From: a virus
DNA: 64,000 nucleotides
IMG/VR virus record: IMGVR_UViG_3300010430_000017
Location: 1 to 64,000 of that record
Strand: one strand, 5' to 3'
The first letter of the stretch is position 1; every line of letters starts with the position of its first letter. The notes under the pieces were generated by a model. That model saw only the letters and a list, made by a program, of their open reading frames with translations. It made no database searches and was not told where the DNA came from. The position numbers and the translations under genes are program-made. This document shows, one piece after another, positions 18,339 through 28,603 of the stretch.

Positions 18339-20891
18339 ATGACTCTATATATTGGGGATTGCGAAACTAACGGGCTTCTGCACGAAGTGACTAAGTTTCA
18401 TTGTATTTGTTTTAGTCCTGTGGGTAATAACAAATTTTACATTTTCTGTGACCTTGAAGATCTTTCTAATTATGATCAAGATCAGTTCAGATCGGAGGAT
18501 GTTGAACCAATCTTTTTCCCGACTAATGATTATCTTAAACTCCTTAACTCCCCAAAAACTACTGGCATTTGTATGCACAATATTTACGGATATGACCTCC
18601 AGGTGTTCGAGAAACTTTCGGGGATTACCTATGATTGGGATAGTATTAATAATAGGAAGGTTAAGATTATTGATAGTCTTGTGATGTCAAGAGTTCTTTG
18701 GCCTGATAGACCCGTGGTGAAAGGAACTAAGTCTCAGCATGGTTTAGAAGCTTTTGGCATTAGGACCGGTATAGCGAAGCCTAAAGTAGAAGATTGGTCC
18801 GATCAATCTTTGGAGGTTTATATAAACAGAGTAATAGAGGATGTAAAGATTAACAAAGCAACTTATTTCATGTTGTTAAAAGAAACAAGAGATGTAGCGT
18901 TTAGTAACGGAGCTAAAAAAGGTTCTTGGACAGAAGCATTACAAATGGGTATGAAGAGTGCCTACCTGATGAGTAAACAAGAGAAAGATGGTGCTGTTTT
19001 TGCGGTGGACGATGCGAAAAGGCTTATCCACAGTATTGACCAACAAATGAAAGAAATCGCCGAAGATGTTGAACCGAAGTTAGGGGAACGTGCTCTGCCT
19101 AAAGCTAAACAACCTAATTTTCCATCACAACCTTGGAAAAAACCCTTTGATTTTAAATCACCCTTCAAAGCAAAAGGAGGGCTAAAAAAACCTGTTAATG
19201 AATATTTGAAAACTACTGGCATACCGGCGCACCAAAGGGAGGACTATATCTGTTCTATGCTGGAGAAAGAAGTGGTCGATGGTCACACCTTAATCCACAA
19301 CTACATAGAAGACGAGTTACCTAAACATCCTACTCTTCTCTCACAAGCTTCAATTAATTACTGCCTTAAGTTTGGTATTAATGAACTCCAAGAACAGTTC
19401 AAGGAGATAAAAACGATATGGGGTCTAAAAATCCAAGGATACTCTCCAGATGAAGAAAGAAAACTCACTGAACCTATGAGGTTAGCCAACCAAAATGATA
19501 TAAAGAATTTTTTTATATCCGAACTCGGGTGGAAACCACAACTATGGAGAACAAAAAACTTACTTGTGGATTTAAAGACAAAGCAAAACTTCCCAAAAGA
19601 TGAGCAAGAAAAAAAGATTCAGAAGTATATAAAAGATATTCAAGAAAGCCCCTATAAATCACTGGTCCTGAAAGAACTTGGATACAAGAAAGACCCCGAC
19701 TTTAAATCCAAAGCCTTTTATAATAGGGTGAAAAGGAACGGGAGGGCTGTTCCTTCTTCACCTCAACTGAAAAATATACGAGGGGATCTTTGTCCAAGTC
19801 TTGAAAAATTAGATGCTGGTATGGCAAAAAAGATAGTGTTGTGGTTAAGTTTAAGAAACAGAAGGACAACAATAAAATCTTTTGATAAAAACACTGGCTG
19901 GCTTAATCACCGTAGATTACAGGTAGATGGTAGGCTGCCAGGGGCAAGTACGGGGTTGACTAACACCAGGAGACAGAAACATCATATTATATGCAACATT
20001 CCTGCTGCATCTGATTCTGTTGTTCTTGGTAAAGAAGTCAGGGATCTTTTTATAAGTCCAAAAAATTACTGTTGTGTTGGGGCGGATGCATCTGGGATTG
20101 AAGGTAGGGCTATGGCAGAAGCTGCTTGGAATTTTGATAATGGAGCTTATGCAGAGATTATTTTAAACGGTGATGTTCACAATGAAAATGCTAAATCCTT
20201 TTCTAAAGCTATCGGGAGAGAGGTCGGCAGGGGAGAAGGAAAATCTCCTTTCTACGCAGGAATTTATGGATGTCAAGCAAAGAAGCAAGCAACTTTGTTA
20301 GGTGTTGAAGAGAGGTTAGGTGATGCTATTAATAAGGCTTTGTGGGAAGTTGCATGGGGATTAGAGAAGTGTAAAAATGCACTTGGTGTTTATTGGGAAA
20401 ATACTGGTAAAAAATATATAATGGCTATAGATGGATCAAAAATATTTACCCGTAGTAAGCACAGCCTCCTCAATGCATATTTACAAAGTGCTGATTCTAT
20501 TCTAATGGATTGGGCTTGTTGTTGGATTCATGATAAAATTAAAGAGGAAAAATTAGATGCTCAACGGTGGATTTATTACCATGACGAGATAAATCATTAT
20601 CATAACTTGAAAGAGGTTCAATACGAGTTATTTCCATTAGATAAGAAGCCAGAGGAGTACAGAGATAAAATTCAATACTCAAAACCTAAACTTTTTAGAG
20701 AAGGAGAGATCCTACACTTTGGTTTACCTAAAGGGGAAGATCCTCTCCCCACGGATCAATGGATACAACACTATTCAAGGGTTGGTGAAATCTGTGTTGA
20801 AGGTATTAAGAATGCTGGGAAGCACTACGGTTTTAGAGTCCCTTTAGATGGGCAATATATTTTAGGGGGGTCATGGGGAAAAACTCACTGA
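18339..20891 (+). CDS. Family A DNA polymerase (T7-like) with 3'-5' exonuclease
   Basis: Exo motifs DCETNG, HNIYGYD and EDV; motif A DASGIE; motif B RGEGKSPFYAGIYG (Tyr at the 762-equivalent site); motif C HDE. Confidence 0.95.
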   Translation: MTLYIGDCETNGLLHEVTKFHCICFSPVGNNKFYIFCDLEDLSNYDQDQFRSEDVEPIFFPTNDYLKLLNSPKTTGICMHNIYGYDLQVFEKLSGITYDWDSINNRKVKIIDSLVMSRVLWPDRPVVKGTKSQHGLEAFGIRTGIAKPKVEDWSDQSLEVYINRVIEDVKINKATYFMLLKETRDVAFSNGAKKGSWTEALQMGMKSAYLMSKQEKDGAVFAVDDAKRLIHSIDQQMKEIAEDVEPKLGERALPKAKQPNFPSQPWKKPFDFKSPFKAKGGLKKPVNEYLKTTGIPAHQREDYICSMLEKEVVDGHTLIHNYIEDELPKHPTLLSQASINYCLKFGINELQEQFKEIKTIWGLKIQGYSPDEERKLTEPMRLANQNDIKNFFISELGWKPQLWRTKNLLVDLKTKQNFPKDEQEKKIQKYIKDIQESPYKSLVLKELGYKKDPDFKSKAFYNRVKRNGRAVPSSPQLKNIRGDLCPSLEKLDAGMAKKIVLWLSLRNRRTTIKSFDKNTGWLNHRRLQVDGRLPGASTGLTNTRRQKHHIICNIPAASDSVVLGKEVRDLFISPKNYCCVGADASGIEGRAMAEAAWNFDNGAYAEIILNGDVHNENAKSFSKAIGREVGRGEGKSPFYAGIYGCQAKKQATLLGVEERLGDAINKALWEVAWGLEKCKNALGVYWENTGKKYIMAIDGSKIFTRSKHSLLNAYLQSADSILMDWACCWIHDKIKEEKLDAQRWIYYHDEINHYHNLKEVQYELFPLDKKPEEYRDKIQYSKPKLFREGEILHFGLPKGEDPLPTDQWIQHYSRVGEICVEGIKNAGKHYGFRVPLDGQYILGGSWGKTH

Positions 20892-20916
20892 AGAATTAAT
20901 AATAATAAGGAGTTAT

Positions 20917-21735
20917 ATGAGAGTAGACTTAAGTATTGTTGGGAAGAAGTTCAACAGGTTGAGAGTATTAGAATTTATAGGACAAGACAAGAATAAAAAA
21001 TCTCTATTTAAATGTTTATGTGACTGTGGAAATGAGGGTATTTTTAGAGGTACAGAAGTAAAAAATGGGCATACCAAATCTTGTGGTTGTTTTCAAAAAG
21101 AAAGTAGATTTAAACACGGCTATAATAATACCTCAATTTACCAAGCCTATTGTGACATGAAAGATAGGTGCTATAATCTCAAGAACCCTTATTATAAGGA
21201 CTATGGGGAAAGAAATATAAAAGTCTGTGAAGATTGGTTAGATAAGGAAACGGGTTTTATTAGGTTTTTAAATTCTGTAGGCGAAAAACCTGACGGAAAA
21301 TATTCATTGGGCCGTATAGACAACGATTTAGGTTATTTTCCCGGTAATTGTAGATGGGAAACTGATACTGAGCAGAATCGGAATCTTAGGAGTAACCGTT
21401 TGCTTGAGTATAAAGGAGAGACTAAGTGTGTTGCGGAATGGACTGAGATTTCTGGCCTGAATAAAAGTACCTTTAATCATAGACTACGGGCCGGGTGGAG
21501 TATGGAGAAAATTATGACAACACCAGTACATAGGCCCGAAATATATAGTTACAAAGATATAGAAGATACCTTACCTAATTTAGCAAAGATGTTTAATCTA
21601 AGTGTAGCTGTTTTCAGAAAAAGGCTAAGAAGAGGTTGGGATATAGAAGAAGCATTAGAAACACCGCAATTATACAAAAGAATAACAAAACCCTTGACAA
21701 ACACAATACCAAATGATATTATCCACAAAGATTAA
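20917..21735 (+). CDS. Free-standing HNH-type homing endonuclease
   Basis: CLCDCG..KSCGC, MKDRCY..YG.R.IKVC..W, RIDND.GY.PGNCRW; repeated RLR.GW helix-turn-helix units. Confidence 0.85.
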   Translation: MRVDLSIVGKKFNRLRVLEFIGQDKNKKSLFKCLCDCGNEGIFRGTEVKNGHTKSCGCFQKESRFKHGYNNTSIYQAYCDMKDRCYNLKNPYYKDYGERNIKVCEDWLDKETGFIRFLNSVGEKPDGKYSLGRIDNDLGYFPGNCRWETDTEQNRNLRSNRLLEYKGETKCVAEWTEISGLNKSTFNHRLRAGWSMEKIMTTPVHRPEIYSYKDIEDTLPNLAKMFNLSVAVFRKRLRRGWDIEEALETPQLYKRITKPLTNTIPNDIIHKD

Positions 21736-21748
21736 AAAGGAGAAACAA

Positions 21749-22003
21749 ATGAATGAAACGAAGTACGAACTTGTAAAAGAGATTACACTAAAGGAGTTTT
21801 CGGAAAAGAATCCTTGGTTTGTGGAAGATAATTCTGATTGGTTACTGAAGCAAGGAATCATCAAAGAAGTTAAAACTTTTAAACCTTTTGAGGTAACTAC
21901 AAAGATTAATACTCAAAGAGATTTAGATAATTTTATGGAGGATCTTGTTGAGATGCGTTCTGCACCAGCATTTAATCTTTATACTAAACTTTGTAACATA
22001 TAA
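21749..22003 (+). CDS. Hypothetical protein
   Basis: RBS AAGGAG; TTGACA at 21694. Confidence 0.55.
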   Translation: MNETKYELVKEITLKEFSEKNPWFVEDNSDWLLKQGIIKEVKTFKPFEVTTKINTQRDLDNFMEDLVEMRSAPAFNLYTKLCNI

Positions 22004-22015
22004 ATAAGGGGGACA

Positions 22016-22513
22016 ATGCTAACATCTAATGTAATTGCAGCTATCAAGAGGTCATTCTCAAGATCTCAAACAGCTAAGAAATTTAAAAACAAATCAATTG
22101 TACCTCATAAGACAGGTATTAGAGGAGGAAAGATAGGAGAATGTAATGTCTGTAAAGCTCATATCCCTTTGTACAAGCTCCAAATAGATCATTGTGACCC
22201 TATAACCCCTGTAATGATGCCAGCTAAGTATATGAGCTTTGTAATGCTATTCAAGAGGACATTCTGCCCAGAGAAGAATTTACAAGTTATATGCCCTGAG
22301 TGTCATGATAAAAAAAGCAAGAAAGAAAATAAAGAAAGAGTTTATTGGAGGAAACATAAGAAATTTCTTGTATGCAGAAAAGTTTGGGGTTGTAGAATTA
22401 AAACAATTCCTGTAATTAATATGAAAGATTTTGATGAAGAATGGGAAATTATGGGAGTGTTTAAGACGAAGAAAGAAGCTGATAGTTTTTCAAAGAAACT
22501 TAGGAAGTTATAA
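22016..22513 (+). CDS. HNH endonuclease
   Basis: CNVC..QIDH..P...NLQVICPECH..K. Confidence 0.85.
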   Translation: MLTSNVIAAIKRSFSRSQTAKKFKNKSIVPHKTGIRGGKIGECNVCKAHIPLYKLQIDHCDPITPVMMPAKYMSFVMLFKRTFCPEKNLQVICPECHDKKSKKENKERVYWRKHKKFLVCRKVWGCRIKTIPVINMKDFDEEWEIMGVFKTKKEADSFSKKLRKL

Positions 22514-22900
22514 GGAGAATGAATAATGTTATCCTTCCTAAAAACCAAATACAAAATAAGAAAGACAAATACTGGGTATTTCGTCCCAATGCATAAGAAA
22601 TTCTGGATGTGCATTTACAAAGACATTAATAATTGGATGCGCTACCCTACGTACCATAGTGCTTTGAGATTTATTAATAGATCAGGAGGTCATTTGTGAA
22701 ACCACACATAACACAAAGAATACACCATCAAATATTTCTTCTACAAGAATTATTATCATATCAAGCTTTGGATGATAATGGGTTTGATGAATATGAACAA
22801 AAGATTGTAAAACAAAGTATTGAGTTATTTGAGGAATTAATTGAGTTGTTGAAGTAAACTTTATAATATATAATCTGGTTTTACCAGCTTGGAGAAAATC

Positions 22901-23158
22901 ATGAATAAAGTTCAGAGATGTGAAAAGTTTTTGGTGGAGAATGGTTGGGCGTTGGAGCCTGAATCTACATTCGGGAGTGACTATACAGCCTTTTATAAAG
23001 AAGGACTCGTAACCGTTGATATCAATAGCTCTGAGATAGTTCTTGTTGGAGAGATTGGCGACTTTTGCCACCTGCCGGTTGACTATTATACTCTCATTGG
23101 GGCCTTGATGGAGTACCGGCAAATCGCAGTCAATTATGTTCCTGTAAAAGCGGTTTAG
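22901..23158 (+). CDS. Hypothetical protein
   Basis: RBS GGAG; colinear with neighbours. Confidence 0.55.
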   Translation: MNKVQRCEKFLVENGWALEPESTFGSDYTAFYKEGLVTVDINSSEIVLVGEIGDFCHLPVDYYTLIGALMEYRQIAVNYVPVKAV

Positions 23159-23204
23159 GCAAGGCTTATTCAGGAAATTATATAGAATATAACCTTTACA
23201 AAGG

Positions 23205-23429
23205 ATGATTATGAAAAACGAAAAAGACTTAGAAAATATTGGTAATAATATCTACCAAAGTGCAACATTGGGTAATATTGTAAGAACATTTAAACAAAAT
23301 CTTGAGAGTTATATAGAATTTCAGACTATTAATGCTAAACTTATGAGAGCTAAGTACGATGCATTGATTGCTGAAGGTTTTGATAAGGATCAGGCTGAGA
23401 GGATTATTAAAGAGACTAAATTGATTTAG
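23205..23429 (+). CDS. Hypothetical protein
   Basis: C-terminal YDALIAEGFDKDQA, a motif I recognise from small phage proteins. Confidence 0.55.
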   Translation: MIMKNEKDLENIGNNIYQSATLGNIVRTFKQNLESYIEFQTINAKLMRAKYDALIAEGFDKDQAERIIKETKLI

Positions 23430-23438
23430 GGGGTTTCA

Positions 23439-23615
23439 ATGAGATACAAAGTAGAGCACAACAGGTGTAGGTGCCACCCGGAGACTTGTAACTGCGATGA
23501 TTATATGATTACTAAAGATGGTGAAAAATGGGTAACTATCTTTGACAAAGGTAAGGCTTTTGAGGTTATGACTGCGATGAATTTTTATGACCTGAAAGTT
23601 TTACTTGATGAGTGA
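23439..23615 (+). CDS. Small Cys-rich protein (58 aa; not in the ORF track)
   Basis: MRYKVEHNRCRCHPETCNCDDY; overlaps the primase start. Confidence 0.55.
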   Translation: MRYKVEHNRCRCHPETCNCDDYMITKDGEKWVTIFDKGKAFEVMTAMNFYDLKVLLDE

Positions 23616-25329
23616 TTTTTGGGAGAATGAAAGGAGATCTTGGAAAGTGACTAAGAAGAAATATGATTCTGAATATAAACCAAAAGAGACAGTGAAAGAT
23701 ATTCTCCAATACCCACAGAAAGCCATCCCGGAAAGAGGGCTTAAAGAAAGTACAATAAAGCGATTTGGGGTAAGAACTAAACTTAATACCCTAACACAAG
23801 AAATTGATGCGGTATATTTTCCATACAAAGACGAAAGCGGTAAAGTCACTGGTTATAAGAAAAGAGATTTGACTCTCCATAAGAAAGAGAAGTATCATTT
23901 CTCAGTCATTGGTTACGTTGGGGTTGAATCTCAGTTATTTGGTCAAGATAAGTGTAGATCAAAAGCTAAGAAGCTTTATATCACTGAAGGTGAATACGAC
24001 CAAATGTCATGCTACCAAGCATACATGGAGAATGTTGGTAAGGATTATAAACAGTACGGGGTCAATGTCGTGAGTATTGGTTGCGGGACCCCAAACGCTG
24101 TTGATCACATAACAGAAAATGAACATTTTATATCCGGGTTTGAGCAGGTAGTTTTGTGCTTTGATAATGATTCTTTGAGTGAGAGAGATCTGAAAAAGAA
24201 GAATCCGGGAATGAAAGGTGCAGAAGCAACTAATGCAGTGGGGGCATTCCTTAGAGATCATACTGTCCTTAAGATTAAATGGGAGAAATGCAATAAACTC
24301 CCTAATGGAAAATTCCCCAATGATCCTTCTGACTATCTAAAACCAGAAAATAATAAAGCGGATTGGCTCTACAGGGTAATGCTCTTCAATACAGAGGAGT
24401 ACAGAAATAAGAAGATTGTTGGCATACATGATGTGTTTGAAAAAGGTGAAGTCCTGGAGCCTCTTGATAAAGGTGTGTACCTTGAGTCTTTTCCTAAATT
24501 AATGGATCTATTGCTGGGGATCAGGAAGAAAGAAGATACTTTACTTTTAGCCCCTTCAGGTACCGGAAAAACAAGTGTTTGTTGTGCATTAGCTGCTGAT
24601 ATGGCCGAAGGCGGGGAGAAGGTAGGTGGGATACTATTAGAAGAAGGTATGAAGAGGACAGGACAAAGGTTTATTGCACAAAGACTTAGAATTCATCCTA
24701 ATAAGTTTCAATTCGGGGAAAGACTTGGGAAGACTGATGACGAGGTGAGTAATGCGGAGGATTGGGTAGCAGAAAAGTATTTGTTTCTCGATCACCACGG
24801 GGCAATTTCAATAAACGAGCTTGTGGATTTATGCAAATTGTTCATTTATAAGTACAATAGAACCTTTATTATCTTCGATCATATTTCTCTTGCTTGTGCT
24901 TCCGATGGTACTATTGAAGAAAGAGCAGAACTCACAGTAGCTATGAATGCTATCACTGCTTTGTGCGAGAGTTGTGATGTTCATATTGTTGTAGTAGCGC
25001 ATATTAATCGTAATGCTACTACTGTATCGAGTAAAGAGAGAGAGATCACGGAGCCTAAGTGGAAGAGAACTTTTATCACTGATGGTAAAGGTACTCAGGC
25101 ATTAGAAGCTCTTGCTCACAATATTATCACTATTGACAAAGAGAGACTGCCGGATGGGACCAGAGGAAGAATTAGATTATTTCTTGGAAAGAACAGGGGC
25201 GCTGATACACTGGGCTTTGCTGATATCACACGCATGCATCCTGATACAGGGGTGTTCTACGATGCTTCTGATGAGAGATGGACACCTAATGGTTGGACTA
25301 CTGATGAAGATAATACTACAGGTTACTAA
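23605..25329 (+). CDS. Primase-helicase (T7 gp4-like)
   Basis: TOPRIM motifs LFGQ, ITEGEYD and CFDND; helicase motifs APSGTGKT, FDHIS, VAHI and KNR. Confidence 0.93.
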   Translation: MMSDFWENERRSWKVTKKKYDSEYKPKETVKDILQYPQKAIPERGLKESTIKRFGVRTKLNTLTQEIDAVYFPYKDESGKVTGYKKRDLTLHKKEKYHFSVIGYVGVESQLFGQDKCRSKAKKLYITEGEYDQMSCYQAYMENVGKDYKQYGVNVVSIGCGTPNAVDHITENEHFISGFEQVVLCFDNDSLSERDLKKKNPGMKGAEATNAVGAFLRDHTVLKIKWEKCNKLPNGKFPNDPSDYLKPENNKADWLYRVMLFNTEEYRNKKIVGIHDVFEKGEVLEPLDKGVYLESFPKLMDLLLGIRKKEDTLLLAPSGTGKTSVCCALAADMAEGGEKVGGILLEEGMKRTGQRFIAQRLRIHPNKFQFGERLGKTDDEVSNAEDWVAEKYLFLDHHGAISINELVDLCKLFIYKYNRTFIIFDHISLACASDGTIEERAELTVAMNAITALCESCDVHIVVVAHINRNATTVSSKEREITEPKWKRTFITDGKGTQALEALAHNIITIDKERLPDGTRGRIRLFLGKNRGADTLGFADITRMHPDTGVFYDASDERWTPNGWTTDEDNTTGY

Positions 25330-25336
25330 ATAACTC

Positions 25337-25365
25337 TTGACAAGCACCATGAGATGATGTAGATT
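25337..25365 (+). promoter_or_regulatory. sigma70 promoter
   Basis: TTGACA-17-TAGATT. Confidence 0.7.
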
Positions 25366-25391
25366 ACATTAAACTAAAACAAGGAGGCTTA

Positions 25392-25610
25392 ATGGCATTA
25401 GCGCTGCACATCAAAACAAATACTGAAGATTATCTGAATGTATGGGATGAATGGAGTCTTGAAAATATTGAAACTTGGATTAAATCATTAAATATTATCT
25501 CGGATGGTTGGGAAATTGCCTTGACAGGCCCTGACGAATTTGGTATAAAGAGAAAGATTAATCGTGTGATTAATCAAATTAATAGAGAAAATAACAAGGA
25601 GAATGATTAA
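25392..25610 (+). CDS. Hypothetical protein
   Basis: RBS AAGGAGG. Confidence 0.55.
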   Translation: MALALHIKTNTEDYLNVWDEWSLENIETWIKSLNIISDGWEIALTGPDEFGIKRKINRVINQINRENNKEND

Positions 25611-26593
25611 TGAGTAGGCTTGATGAATTGAAAAAGAAAGTAATTGAAGAAACCCCTGTCACAAATAATAGTGATGGACCTTCTGTTGATTATGAAGCTT
25701 TAAACAAATACATGGTTGAGACAGTTGGCCTTGAACAAGAAGAGACTGTTATTGGTATTATCTCAGGAGTAGTGAACCTTGGCCTTCAGGAGCAGCAGGA
25801 TGGTAGAGTAGAATGGAATGGCTCCCCGGAAGATGAGCAAGCTGAGATTGACAAAAACCCAAACACTTATTTTGAGACTGATTATGAAGGTAAGAGATGG
25901 AAAAGATGGCCCACTAAACCTGCTAAATCAGTAGCCCTTGTTATCGACTTCCCTGAGATTATTGTGGATAAAGCTCCTTTCTTTGGTGCTGAATCCAACC
26001 CTGCACCCCTCAGAATCTGCATGAATGGCTCTTTCTGGAGAACTGAGCTTGGTATGATGACTCTTGGTAGACCCTATCCAATGAATCTTAGAAAGAATGA
26101 GAAGACTAATAATCAGTGGTCAATGCTTCCTAATAATACGCTTTGTAAAGCTGCTGTAATGACAAAGACAATTACCAAAGGGGATGCTTTTCTTCCTCAA
26201 AACGTTATTGATTTGCTTGGTAAGTCAATGTTATTCAGTGTAAGTGTATTCTTTAATGCTAAGGGATATTACACAGAAAGAGTTAAGTTGGCTGGGGGAT
26301 TAATGAGAGGACAGCAAGTTCCTGAATATGATGAAGACCTCTTATTCTATACTGATATGAATATTACTAATGATCCTGTGAGTATTAAGTATTTGACAGC
26401 GCCTATTATTAACACAATGAAACTTAGTCCTGAATATGAAGATTCAAAGATTAAACAGCAGATTGAGGATATTCATAGTTACCAGAAGAATAATAGTAAG
26501 CCCGATGAAGGTCTTCCTGATAATACAGAATACGGTGTGGATCATACTCAGGAGAGTGTACCTCCTATTTCAGACGATGATATCCCCTTTTGA
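25610..26593 (+). CDS. Putative single-stranded DNA-binding protein
   Basis: Located in the replication module; acidic tail ending DDDIPF. Confidence 0.6.
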   Translation: MSRLDELKKKVIEETPVTNNSDGPSVDYEALNKYMVETVGLEQEETVIGIISGVVNLGLQEQQDGRVEWNGSPEDEQAEIDKNPNTYFETDYEGKRWKRWPTKPAKSVALVIDFPEIIVDKAPFFGAESNPAPLRICMNGSFWRTELGMMTLGRPYPMNLRKNEKTNNQWSMLPNNTLCKAAVMTKTITKGDAFLPQNVIDLLGKSMLFSVSVFFNAKGYYTERVKLAGGLMRGQQVPEYDEDLLFYTDMNITNDPVSIKYLTAPIINTMKLSPEYEDSKIKQQIEDIHSYQKNNSKPDEGLPDNTEYGVDHTQESVPPISDDDIPF

Positions 26594-26682
26594 TATCTTC
26601 AATGATTACAGTAACTTAGGGTAAATAACTAAAAGGTGTGCCTTTGTTTCAAGAGGCACACCTAAACAAAACAGGAGGTAGT

Positions 26683-26877
26683 ATGAGTAATAACACGAAC
26701 AATAACTATGGAATTGGATTCTCAGGACTTCTTACAGTTCTTTTTATTGGCCTTAAATTAACAGGTTATATTACTTGGAGTTGGTTGTGGGTTCTCTCTC
26801 CTTTGTGGATCTCTTTTTTGATTGCTTTATTGATTGTCGGTATGGTTGTAGGTGTTGCAATTATAGCGGACAAATAG
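26683..26877 (+). CDS. Small membrane protein
   Basis: GIGFSGLLTVLFIGLKLTGYITWSWLWVLSPLW; RBS AGGAGG. Confidence 0.7.
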   Translation: MSNNTNNNYGIGFSGLLTVLFIGLKLTGYITWSWLWVLSPLWISFLIALLIVGMVVGVAIIADK

Positions 26878-26888
26878 GGGGGCTTACA

Positions 26889-27236
26889 ATGGACAAAAAA
26901 GAAATTCAAAGAAGAATGACTGCACTTGAAGGTAAAGAAATCTTCATGATTAATAATGGACAGAAAGAAATAGGAGTTATTTCAGGTTGTGATTACTACG
27001 TAGGTATTTCTATTCAGAACACATATAATAAAGACAGATACATTTATTGTTATAATGGACCTTATTCTCCACACAAAGTAATAGGAGGTGATTACTCGGT
27101 ACATGATGATGAGATGGAGATATTTCTCTCCTATGCAGAAGCAGAAGTCTTTGATCAGGACAAATATATAAATGAAATAAACATAACGTCTGGTCTTGGA
27201 GGTACTCCTTCTTACGCTACATGCGCATTTGTATAA
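26889..27236 (+). CDS. Hypothetical protein
   Basis: Colinear ORF. Confidence 0.5.
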   Translation: MDKKEIQRRMTALEGKEIFMINNGQKEIGVISGCDYYVGISIQNTYNKDRYIYCYNGPYSPHKVIGGDYSVHDDEMEIFLSYAEAEVFDQDKYINEINITSGLGGTPSYATCAFV

Positions 27237-27243
27237 ATAACTC

Positions 27244-27293
27244 TTGACAATCCCCCTGATCCGTAGTATATACACAGGATCAGGGGGATTTTT
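27244..27293 (+). terminator. 14-bp hairpin terminator containing a sigma70 promoter
   Basis: TTGACA at 27244; stem AATCCCCCTGATCC/GGATCAGGGGGATT with a TAGTATAT -10-like loop. Confidence 0.75.
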
Positions 27294-27309
27294 AATTTAA
27301 GGAGATCAT

Positions 27310-27603
27310 ATGAAGGACCTAACAAGAAATGAAGAGCATTACTATCTGTTCCAGAAAGCTGATCAATGGTGCGGTAGAAGGACAGGAAGAGGGTTCAGGC
27401 TTAATAGCAACCTAAAAGAGTCCTGGTTCTATCCAGAAAAGGAATTCAGTATCTGGTGCTATGATAAAACTATAGATGAAGGATTCCATATTTATACAAA
27501 ACAGGATAAGTTCTTGACATATGATGAAATGCTTGTTATAAAGAAAAAGAACTTGGATGAGGACTATAAAGAAGAGATAAAGGGGTTGAGTAATGAGAAT
27601 TAA
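27310..27603 (+). CDS. Hypothetical protein
   Basis: RBS AAGGAG. Confidence 0.55.
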   Translation: MKDLTRNEEHYYLFQKADQWCGRRTGRGFRLNSNLKESWFYPEKEFSIWCYDKTIDEGFHIYTKQDKFLTYDEMLVIKKKNLDEDYKEEIKGLSNEN

Positions 27604-28603
27604 AAGAAATATCGAGGTGCCCACAGGAAATATTTGTATTGCAAAAGGAGAGAAAGGTAAAGATTTAGAATTTCTTTCTATTGGAGATTATGGTCGGACT
27701 AAAAATGTCAAAGCTGACTTCCTTGGACTCACGGAAGATATTAATGGTGTTCCTCATGGGGAAGTAATGTCTTTGGAGGAGAAATGGGTTTTAACTATTT
27801 CATCGCAATATGGTTGCAGTATGGGATGTAAGTTCTGTGATGTCCCTAAAGTCGGCCCTGGAGTTAATGCAACACTCAAGGACTTAACTGATCAAATCGT
27901 AACAGGGATAAATCTACACCCTGAAGTTGCAGCTACGAAAAGACTTAATGTACATTATGCAAGAATGGGAGAGCCTACCTGGAATAATAACGTACTTATC
28001 CATGCCAGAGGTTTATTAAAAGAGATCAGACCTTACGTTGGTAGAAGTCTTTGTCATCCTGTTGTATCAACAATGCTTCCTAAGAACAATAAACATTTAA
28101 TGCATTTCCTTCAGGAATGGTGTGAAATTAAGAACTATACCTTCAGAGGTTGTGCTGGACTACAATTTAGTGTAAATTCAACATCTAACGTACAAAGACT
28201 TAATATGTTTTCTGGGAGTTCCTTGTCACTCACTGAGATATCAGAGATAGGTAAGAATCTTCCTATGCCTGTTGGCAGAAAATATGCGTTAAATTTTGCT
28301 CTTGCTGATGACTATGAAGTTAACGCAAGAAAGTTAATAAAGCTGTTTCATCCCTCTAAATTCATGGTGAAAATTACACCCCTTCATAAGACAAACTCCT
28401 GTGTAGATAATAATATTAAAACCTCCGGCGGTTACGAAGAATTTACACCTTATAAAGAAATAGAAAAAGACCTTAAAGATGTTGGATTGGATGTTTTAGT
28501 ATTCATACCTTCTTATGAAGAAGATCTTGGAAGGATAACCTGCGGGAATGCTATTCTCTCTGGTACACTCCCGGAGGTTGATTATAAGGAGATTAACTCA
28601 TGA
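27593..28603 (+). CDS. RlmN/Cfr-like radical SAM enzyme
   Basis: TISSQYGCSMGCKFC (CxxxCxxC), RMGEP, VST and C-terminal ITCGNA (RlmN AACGQL). Confidence 0.85.
   Translation: MRIKRNIEVPTGNICIAKGEKGKDLEFLSIGDYGRTKNVKADFLGLTEDINGVPHGEVMSLEEKWVLTISSQYGCSMGCKFCDVPKVGPGVNATLKDLTDQIVTGINLHPEVAATKRLNVHYARMGEPTWNNNVLIHARGLLKEIRPYVGRSLCHPVVSTMLPKNNKHLMHFLQEWCEIKNYTFRGCAGLQFSVNSTSNVQRLNMFSGSSLSLTEISEIGKNLPMPVGRKYALNFALADDYEVNARKLIKLFHPSKFMVKITPLHKTNSCVDNNIKTSGGYEEFTPYKEIEKDLKDVGLDVLVFIPSYEEDLGRITCGNAILSGTLPEVDYKEINS

Noticed and set aside
18339-20891. Intein or intron in the DNA polymerase (long insertions in the thumb and after motif C)
   Set aside because: No C/S...HN splice motifs and the frame is continuous; treated as lineage-specific insertions
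21719-21727. DnaA box TTATCCACA (also at 52865)
   Set aside because: Single copies inside coding ends, not clustered; compatible with chance
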